In this document: piece after piece, positions 54,632-64,000 of the stretch | Layout of the letters: every line of letters begins with the position of its first letter | Position numbering within the stretch: the stretch's first letter is position 1 | Assembly: GCF_009914755.1 (NCBI RefSeq) | Contig: NC_060930.1 | Length of the DNA stretch: 64,000 bases | Direction: 5' to 3' (one strand) | DNA from: the human T2T-CHM13v2.0 reference genome, Homo sapiens | Translations under genes and position numbers: made by a program | Notes under the pieces: model-generated | Told to the model about the DNA's origin: nothing | Databases searched by the model: none | Seen by the model: the letters and a program-made list of their open reading frames with translations, nothing else

Positions 54632-55547
54632 TATCCTACTTCTAAAATATGTAATTATTGAAATGATATGGAATAAAATGAAGGTATTTCAACTTTAGTG
54701 TGTTGCTTCAGTTGTATTAAATTAAAAAAAAAAGGTGCATGGCCAAGTGCTGCAATACATTGAAATAAAGGGATAGCTTAAAGTAGCTCTGAAAAAAAAA
54801 AAAAAGAACAAGAACAAGGGTGTTCTACTTCTCTCCCAGGAGTGAGGTGATGGCAGCCATACTTGCTGTTTGGAAATCAAACGGAAAACATCCTGGGGCT
54901 TTCCTGGATTGCTCTTTCCACCACAGGTTCTTGCACTTCAGTTCATTGTTCATATAGACATTTTGTGCCACCACAGAGGCAGAGGAGCTCATGGATTTTT
55001 ATTTTCCCAAATCAGTCGAACTCCTTACAGTCATGTTAATATGCTTTTCTGACTGTAAAATGTCTAGTTTTCTTAAACCTGTTGACTAAGACATCTGTTG
55101 TAAAGGACTTAACTATAGATTTGTCATTGTTTCTGAATACCATGTGTATTTTAATTAATGGATGCATTTATTCATTCATTTTTGGGCCCTCACACACAAA
55201 GCTTCTGTGGCATGATATACACATTTTAACTACATATCAGAGTGTCTTCACTTGCCACTTCTTTTAATGTAGCATTGCTATACATCCTGTAACAATGTTA
55301 TATCACAAGCAGGAGAAAGCAGTAAACAGAACTGAGGGAAGGAAGGATCTGGCTGTCAGTGTAAATGTAAATAGCAGCTGTCCCACTCAAACTGTTTTTA
55401 AAACTGCCACACGGTGAGAGCTTTGCATAAAATGGGACAGATCCGCAGGAATCAGGTTTTAGCACAAAATTCAAGAGGCGTGCTGCCATCCTCCTGTTTG
55501 CCCTGTTTTACCTCTCCCACTATTGTGCAAACAGTAAAGAAAAAGGA

Positions 55548-55597
55548 TTGGATGGATGGATGGATGGATGGGTGGATGGACACATAGACAGACACAC

Positions 55598-55655
<58 letters not shown>

Positions 55656-55670
55656 GATAGATAGATAGAC
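55548..55670 (+). repeat. (GGAT)n ... (GATA)13 GAT (GATA)3 compound STR
   Basis: Read directly. Confidence 0.96.
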
Positions 55671-55975
55671 TCTGTTAAAATGTTATTTAAATATCTGTTT
55701 TGGTGTGAACAATAACAATGTGCAGCTATATTAATACATGTAACTTGACTTGCTGTACAAAGATGATGCCACTGATGGTATTATCCTGTTAGTTACAAGA
55801 TACTTTTGAAGCCTAAGGTCCACATGAGTTTATCCTCTGGTCAGGTGCTGTAGCATTATTTGATGGGTCAAGGTTTAAAACATTTTTACTTCCAAATTTG
55901 AAACTTCTCAAATAATCTCCCTTCTATCATTTTTCAAGCAATAGTGAGTGTCCTGTATGGCATAACAACGACTTT

Positions 55976-55978
<3 letters not shown>

Positions 55979-56030
<52 letters not shown>
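55979..56030 (+). repeat. (AC)26 microsatellite
   Basis: Read directly. Confidence 0.97.
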
Positions 56031-56032
<2 letters not shown>

Positions 56033-56391
56033 CTTTGTGCCATTTCTTCTGCCAAATATTCACATATTTTCTTACCTTAAACTGTGACCCCCCATTAAAC
56101 TAGCACTATTCAGATTAATATAGAGATCCCTTCCATTTAGTTACATCATCTCTCTATTTAAAATAGAAGAAAAAACAATGATGTTTTCCACCACACAGAT
56201 ATTAAAATTGCAACTAAAGACGTGCCATTGCTCATGTGAAATATGTGTGGAGAGGGGCATGATCAGAATTTACAAAACATTAACCGCACTAATATGTTTG
56301 CTTATTGCAATACCTTTTATATTAAACTAGACTTTTTTGCTAAGGCCTAGAACAGGAGGTCTCACCTTGTGAGAATGAAAAAAATAGTATA

Positions 56392-56695
56392 TTTTGTTTT
56401 GTTTTGTTTTGTTTTGTTTTGTTTTGTTTTGTTTTGTTTGGAGACAGAGTCTTACTCTGTCACGCAGGCTGGAGTGCAGTAGTGTAATTACGGCTCACTA
56501 CAGTCTCAACTTCATGGTGTCAAGCAATCCTCCGGCCTCAGACTCCTGAGTGGCTAGGGACTGCAGGCATGCACCACCACATCTGACTAATTTTTAAATT
56601 TTTGTAGAGATGATGGGGTCTTTCTATGTTGCCCAGGCTGGTCTTGAACTCCTGGGCTCAAGGGGTTCTCCCGCTTCTGCCTCCCAAAGTGCTAG
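56392..56695 (-). mobile_element. AluJ-like, antisense, with a (GTTTT)n tail
   Basis: ggagacagagtcttactctgtc...ctatgttgcccaggctggtcttgaactcctgggctcaag. Confidence 0.92.
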
Positions 56696-57092
56696 CATCT
56701 TTATTAAGGATATTTTCATTGATATTAACTGTTCTCTTTTGTATATTTTGTATATCTATAAACTTTCCCTCCCTTTTCTTCATATTATCAGCTATTTCAT
56801 TTTTTCCTGGTACTTGTAATATAATATCTTGTATTATATACTGTCACCATAATAACAACAAACATGAAAAGATTATAGGTAATATTCATATAGGTGCAAT
56901 AAAAATTACAAAGTGCTACTAAGATACTTGTTGTTGTTGCTACTATTATTGTTATGACTATCATTTTCCTGGAGACAGGCAATCTTTGGTACTCTTTTAT
57001 AGTCCCCATTACTTCTACCTAGCACTGTGCCTTGAATAAGGTAGGTGAGTAGATGCTTAGTATTAACAGATACACAGTACAAACTTGATTTT

Positions 57093-57468
57093 ATTTTTAA
57101 CTTTTAGGTTCAGGGGTGCATGTGCAGGTTTTAATATAGGTAAACTGTGTCATGGGGGTTTGGTGTACAGATTATTTCATCACCCAGGTAATAAGCATAC
57201 TACACAATAGGTATTTTTTCTGATTCTCTCCACCCTCCTACTTTTTACCCTCAAGTAGGTCCCAGTGTCTGTTGTTCCTCTCTTTGTGTCCATGTGTTCT
57301 CATTGTTAAGCTCCCACTTATAAGTAAGAACATGCAGTATTCGGTTTTCTGTTCCTGTGGTAGTTTACTTAGGATAATGGCCTCCAGCTACTTTTGCAAA
57401 GAACATGATCTCATTCTGTTTCTGGCTGCATAGTGTTCCATGGTATATATGTACTACATTTGTTTAGA
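57093..57468 (-). mobile_element. Older L1PA 3' end with TSD
   Basis: ttcaggggtgcatgtgcagg...tttcatcacccaggtaataagcata. AAACTTGATTTT at 57081-57092 and 57469-57480. Confidence 0.92.
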
Positions 57469-58147
57469 AAACTTGATTTTTTAAATAAAAGTTTAGTGGA
57501 CAGGTAAGATTTGCCTTGACTGAGCTTTAAAAATAACATTGTTTTCCAGATTGATTTTCATCACTTAATTTTACTTTGCTGGGAAGCCATTCGTACCCCA
57601 TTTCTTAAAAATTTACTTGGGTTTAGGATTTTGTGAAAGAACAAAGTTATTCATGATTTTCCAAAGTTCTCCGACTTCCTCGAAAAGTTATATGGACCCT
57701 TCGCAGGTATTTTAATAGGTCTCATGGAAAAAACATCTGAATAGTTTAGACACACTAAGAATAGGTTGTAGGCTCAGCAGCCACAAAATGACTTGTCCAT
57801 GGGGCCATTTTGCTTGGGAATCATGTGTAAAACCTGGGAAGTCAGTCTGGTCTAATGGCCAGAGCCATGAGGGGAATCAACACTTCTGGATTGTGTTTCT
57901 GTTTTTTTCCCCTCAATTTTCCACCTATCCCTGCCTGCTAAGTCACTTCTCTGTTCCTCAATTTCCCCTCATTCTTCCTCATTACCTCCCCTCCTCCCCC
58001 CAAAAAGGTCTTTTTTCTTGAATAGTTTAAGTAGGAAAAATGATTTGTCTGACCACAGCCAGGAGTGAGGCTTGAGCAAAATGCAAGACACTACTGTTAT
58101 TAAGGTTGGATGCTGGTGAGAAACTCACTTGTGTTATCTGCCAACAG

Positions 58148-58289
58148 GGGAGGCTTTGCACTTGGCTCGGGATTTTGGCTACACTTGTGAAACAGAGTTT
58201 CCAGCCAAAGCAGTAGGAGAACATCTTGCCAGACAACATATGGAACAGAAAGAACAGACAGCAAGAAAAAAGATGATCCTGGCGACCAA
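58148..58289 (+). CDS. TFAP2D: TFAP2D exon 6 (142 nt; [46 protein letters not shown]; helix-span-helix dimerisation region). The gene continues beyond the window.
   Basis: Translated by hand (not in the ORF track). Contains the AP-2 motif [15 protein letters not shown]. Acceptor ctgccaacag| ends at 58147. Donor CAA|gtaagc at 58290. Confidence 0.97.
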
Positions 58290-59267
58290 GTAAGCAGAAT
58301 GGGGAAACCTCTGTGTGCTTTCATCTTCAGTATTTTTTTTTCATTTTCTTTGAAATGAGGAAAACAGTCTAGAAGGCACCCGTTCTCTAAAACAAGGAAG
58401 GTCTCACACACAAGCAGCTAGATATATTAAACAAGGACTTTCTACCCTTTGGTGCCCAGGCAAGGTTTACAAACTGCCCTTGATTAGTGATAAGGCTGTC
58501 ATTGAAACTGATGAAAGTTCTTGGAAAACTTCTCCAGAATATGCAGAAATCCCTTGGAGAAAAACATGTTTAGGAAATGTAGATCCCAGGCAAATATGTC
58601 TTTGGTTGCTATGTAATTTGGTCTAAGGCACTCATTTTGCCTTAATAAATGAGGGTAAAATCTCAAAACACCATAAATGTTTGGGGAATGTGACAGAAGA
58701 TGAGGTCACACGTTGGTGAGAGGTACCAGGGAGACCTCTGGGACCAAGGATCACCATGAGTGTCCCCATCCTCTCTTGTGTATGAGTAAGTAAATCATCC
58801 TTGTACTGCCTCATAGTGTTATTGTCTTTTTTTTTTAAGGTATAATGTATTTCAAAGCTTCTGGAAATTGTAAAAAGCCCAATTAAAATGCAAATTAAAA
58901 TAATGAGGAAAACGATGTAGACAAATTTGACAATACAATAGGAAAGGGGGAAGCTTGCATAAGATGACTTATAAATTCCTTGACACTTGAAAGTTCGTCG
59001 ATAATTAGTGGGAATACTACCATTTATTGTGTAAAAATCCAGCAGAACCGCAGATAGCACTGCAGGTTACGTTCAAAAGTTTTAGAGGAAAATCCTTCTG
59101 GTAGTAACCAATTCTTGTTATCCTCTCATTATTGAAATAAGTTATTGATACATATAGGCCATTAAGAATCTTAAATAATTTTTAATTCTATATTAAGATT
59201 TTAGAACTGATAGTTTCAGCTGGTTAAACTGTCATTTATGAACTAATTTTTTATTCAGGGAAAAGTA

Positions 59268-59582
59268 TTTTGTTTGTTTGTTTGTTTGTTTGTTTGTTTG
59301 AGACAGAGTCTCACTCTGTCACCCAGACTGGAGTACAGTGGTGCGATCATGGCTCACTACAGACTCACCCTCCCCAGGTTCATGTGATCCTCCCACCTCA
59401 GCCTCCCGAGTAGCTGAGACTACAGGCATGAGCCAGCACACCCACCTGGTTTTTGTATTTTTTATAAAGATGCATTTTTGCCATGTTGCCCAGGCTGGTC
59501 TCAAACTCCTGGGTTCAAGCAATCTGCACTCCTTGGCCTCCCAAAGGGCTAGGATTACAGGCATCAGCCACTATGCCCAGCC
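59268..59582 (-). mobile_element. AluJ-like, antisense
   Basis: (TTTG)n tail through cactatgcccagcc. AGGGAAAA flanks both sides. Confidence 0.93.
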
Positions 59583-62500
59583 TTAGGGAAAACTTTTTAA
59601 GAGAAAATCTAGGACAGAGAGTATTAAAAACATCACTTCTTAGAAACTGATAACAAGTAATTATTTAATGCCTTTACAACATACTGGCTGAGATTTAAAT
59701 TGGCTCAAAATGCATAAAACCAAAACTAAATATTCTCTTTTCTACCAGCTTCTTATGTAACATAGGACTTTTTACAAATTTAAGGAGTATATGGGATACT
59801 TGCCATCTCACAGGTTTGTCCAAGACACTTGAGTCCCTTAATTGAAGTTTACACACTTGCTGTGGCTGGCACTGTTTGGACTTAGGATTATATTTATCTA
59901 TTGCTGTTCTGAAAGTACTAGATTATCTCATCTTGTCCCAAAGAGAAGAAAAGCAAAAGTTGGTGGCAGAAGGAATAGAGAAAAAGCAAAACAAGATTAA
60001 GAGGAAGGGAATAGCAGAAAGAGAGTATGAAGATCAAGAGATAGAGAAAGAAACTTATAAGGCAGGTATAAAAGTTGGACTTAAAATCTGGGAATAAATT
60101 TTGTGAAGTGGAAGCCCCTGAAAACTTGCTAGTAGAAAAGACCTAAATCTGAACCTTTTGCATATTTTGTCTTCTGGGAGTCTTTATCTTTACCATGTAC
60201 TCATTTCCTTTTCCAAATAACTTATTGACTAAATTTTTTTTCCAAATAATTTCAGTCATATTTCAGTTTCTCCAAAAGGAGCTGAAAGCACATATAGTTA
60301 GTTTGAATCCTTTGCATTACCGTAGGAGAAAGATAAAGACTTGTTACAGATCAAGAGAATTATACAGTACTAGAATTTAGGTAATATCTCCCAGGTGTTT
60401 CCATAGCATATCATCCTAGCTGGCAGGATCATGCAGGTTTACCAATGCACATATCCATGTGAATTTTACTGTTGTCCCAAAATACAAATTTCCAAGAGAA
60501 AGCACCTTCATTTTTCCTACATCAAAATGACTTGGTTGTGGTTTTATCATGCATATTCAAAGACCTTCACTCCTTAATCCAGAGAAACACTTCATCTTGT
60601 CCTCCTTCCCCCAGGAATGGTTTTGGAAGTATTCACCACTACCATCATCAATGCAATAAATACAATTCCTATTTTCTTGGAGATTCCCATCATTCTGTTG
60701 AAGTGTGCAGCAGTCTCCAAGCACATTCAAATTGGCACTGAGATTGTGTTTTAATAGAAGTAAATGCTAGAAGAATTTGCGGGAGAAATGCTAGAAGAAA
60801 TGCATCCATATTTGTCAAAATTATACTGAGACATCTATTTTCGGGTAGCGTATTTGACCAGGTAGTAGTATTTTCCTTTTACCTGGGATCTAAGTAACAT
60901 ACATTATTTTAGGTGATATTTTGAACTTTGATTTCATTAAACATTGTGAGAACATGTAATTTTATTTTATCTGTCTGCTCATAGCTGCACATTTGCAGAC
61001 CATTAAATGTCAAGCAAGAATTGAATCCACTCATTTCAATTAACTTATCTTACAGAAGAGTAAATAGGAATAAACACCTGAAAATTATAATACAGCCTTA
61101 TAATTTTTTATTTTTGTTACTTATATGCATCCTATCTTCTTATTGGACTATGTGAAATAAAAATCAGAGACTCCAGTCATAGCAAACATACGTAATATAA
61201 CCAGTAATCACTATAACTAGATAAACTAGGGAATGTGTGGAAATAATACCCTTTTTGTGCAACATATGAATGGACCCAACATGTGTTCTGAGAAGTTTCT
61301 AATTTTACACCAATGGTAAAGCATGAGGTATTTTCATCAATTAAAATGGTAAAAGTTAATATTAAGTAGCCTATATGGATATTCATTACATCCTGGTCAG
61401 TTCACCTTTATTCATAAGACTTGGACAACATTATAAAAAATATATATGAAATCTAAAATTTATTGAATGAGAGATCCAATTGCTAATCTACATTGTCAGA
61501 TTGGCCTACATATTTCTTTTTTACCTCCATGGATTACAGATTCAGTTGTCTTTAAGTATATTGCCAAGTATACAATTGTATAAAGGGCCTATTAATTAAG
61601 TGTCATTAGTCTTCTCATGCCACCTTATTTCCAGTGTTTTGTTGATTAAATATTTTGTGTAATTTAGACATTTATTTAGGCGAAAGAATAGAAACTGAAA
61701 CATTTTTTGAATTCTAAAAATGAATCAGACAAAACGTGTTTATTTGGTTAATAGAAAACATATTTAAACCTTTTGATTGAATTTAGAACTAAATATGTCT
61801 AACATTTGATCTGCATTAAGGTAAAGCAGAATAGTTAACAACTTTTAGTGTTACCATACTGTTAATCATCTAAGGGTGAAACATAGAATTTGGATTTCAG
61901 ACATCAGCTAAAAACTTACGTCCTTAAGGACAATGATGTAAGTGATAAAGTTAGAATGTATGATTCACTGAAGATCATCTTGTGTTACATAATTCATAAT
62001 ATGACATTTTGCCTTGAGATGTAAGATTGTTTCTTTTTGTAGATTTATAAATAAAAAATTAAATAAGAAGGAAAGTAGTCATAAAATCATAATTCTGTAA
62101 GTGCCATAATGAGATGATGATGATAATTGCCTACAGGGAATCTACAGGATTGTCATCTGTTTTCAAGTCTAAGCTTGAAAGTGAGTGAGTTAAGCTGTAG
62201 AATTAAATATAAAAGGGGGAGATATAATATAATATAATATTACTCCTGGTAGATCCTCCTGTGTGAATTATTTAGCATGAGTTAAATTTTTCCACCTCTT
62301 TAGCTTTCTCTAATTTCTTCGTCAATTTTATTATAACTTGCTGTATTATTCATACAGGAACAAAGTTGATTTGTCAACTTAAAAGTTTATTCCATTATCC
62401 AATTAATTCTGATATTATGCCACAATAACTAATGTTTCAATCTTTATTTTAATGTTTTAAAATTTATTTTAATCTGATAGAAAAACTAAAAGACTGCTAA

Positions 62501-64000
62501 AAACAAAAGTCTAAAAACAACACCAATCTTTCTTTGTAAGAATGGATCGTAATGATGACCTACCATACAGTAATTTGGAAATGATAGCATGAGGCTAAAT
62601 TTAAAATTTTAGTTAGAAATTTCCATAAACAAAGACAACAAATCTATATTAAATAACACAAAGCACAAAAGATTATGATATACTCCTCAAAATGGCACCA
62701 AACACTTAGATTAAGTTGCATTCATTGATTAAAATATGGGCAATACACCTGAAAACAGGTATATTTCATAAAGCAACTGAGTCTCACAACAGAAAATGTG
62801 AGGAGTTCAGAAGAAACTGTCTGAATGAAAGTAGAAACACACAGTTGTTAAAAGCATGTATTCAGATGCTGTATCTCAGAGATCCAACTGGCCCTTTAGG
62901 AAGGGGATGTGAAGTATCTTATTTCACTGAAACAGATAAGGACTTTGTTTTTCCTATCTCTGACTCCTTTTTACTTTCACCTGTGTTCTGCAAACATGAA
63001 TAAGGCAATTTCTGTGAAATGACACAATATTTGAACACTGGCATTAAACCAGACCCTCATTGTTCATTTAAAATATCATAAGTGATCTTTGATGGAATTC
63101 AATAAATTTTAGATACCTGATTAAGAAGTCCCCACTGATTTTTAACTCAGTGATCAATTATTTGTACTTCAAGATATTTTGTCACTTTTTGGTAGTCATT
63201 TGTTGATGACACAAATGCCTTGCAGCAGAATAATGGCCGGGTTCATATTCACTTGAAATAATTTGACACTTCTATACCTGTCTTTGTTTACATTGATAAT
63301 CAAAGTCAGGGCTACATTATTACATTTTTGCGACTGCCCATTGTAAAAACAGACAAAAAACCTAATTACTGTCATATTATCCCTTGATTTATGGAGTCAC
63401 CTCACTTTAGATGATGGATGTTTTTAAGCAATTCTTTGGCAATCCTTTACTTTTCAGAGACTGGACTAATTTAGTGTTTTGTTGTTAAAATACAAAAACA
63501 AAAACAATATCTCTTTGTATAGTGTATTCTGCTTCTTTAGAATTATATCATTTGGAGTGTACATCACAAAGTCTTTACTGTTACATTGTAACACTGTAAT
63601 TAAACTGAAACCAATGACCAAAAACCATAACCATTTAAAGCAAAGAAATGCAGCAGAAAAGTTACCTTGAGGGTAATTTTTGCAAGAAATTGGCTTACAT
63701 GGAACATAATATAACCATTTTTTGTGAGGCTAGTGAACTAAATTACTGGTGATTATCTGCTTCAAATATTAGCATATAAAGTTAGCTCATAAGAATATGA
63801 ACTCTAATGCAATATTGGGAAAAAAGGATTTTCCAAAGTCTGTTTGAATAATGGCTCTGAAGTAAGACTGTAACTTTAATTAAATTTGTTTACAGATATT
63901 ATGTCTTAAAAAATCACATTTCAATTAAAAAGATCATAGTGATCATTTCATATGGGGTTCCCCTTATCCTGAGGTTAATTTATGAATAGTCATCTTAAAA

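Noticed and set aside
58290-64000. Search for the next TFAP2D exon (QICKEF...)
   Set aside because: Not found by eye. It is presumed to lie beyond the window end.

Overview
This is primate genomic DNA, almost certainly human (AluJ/S/Y and L1PA elements). It holds the 5' part of TFAP2D (transcription factor AP-2 delta) on the + strand plus about 26.5 kb of upstream sequence. Coding exons 1-6 can be read directly, all with GT-AG boundaries and consistent phases: 27092-27130, 28152-28649, 32126-32186, 41881-42046, 42219-42337 and 58148-58289 (1025 coding nt). The remaining 3' exons are not in the window. A CCAAT/TATA promoter near 26.5 kb precedes a long leader with five upstream AUGs. Several CpG-rich islands and a stretch of about 18 kb with no Alu, L1 or LTR visible by eye surround the 5' end. 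The rest is ordinary Alu, L1, MIR, MLT and MER sequence plus microsatellites. No prokaryotic-type system (CRISPR, operon) is present, and almost all ORFs in the track are spurious. The most unusual observations are: (1) a three-part retro-chimera (AluS-type left arm, about 620 nt of polyadenylated mRNA-like sequence, AluY-type right arm) inside one target-site duplication; (2) the same non-canonical back-to-back REST/RE1 half-site arrangement occurring twice; (3) possible alternative 5' ends that bypass the uORFs or exon 1; (4) an old direct duplication bracketing the in-frame exon 4-5 cassette; (5) a candidate poison exon in intron 3; (6) a 198-nt GAA-rich purine tract 5 kb upstream of the gene. 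Repeat subfamily names and all regulatory calls were made by eye and need computational confirmation.
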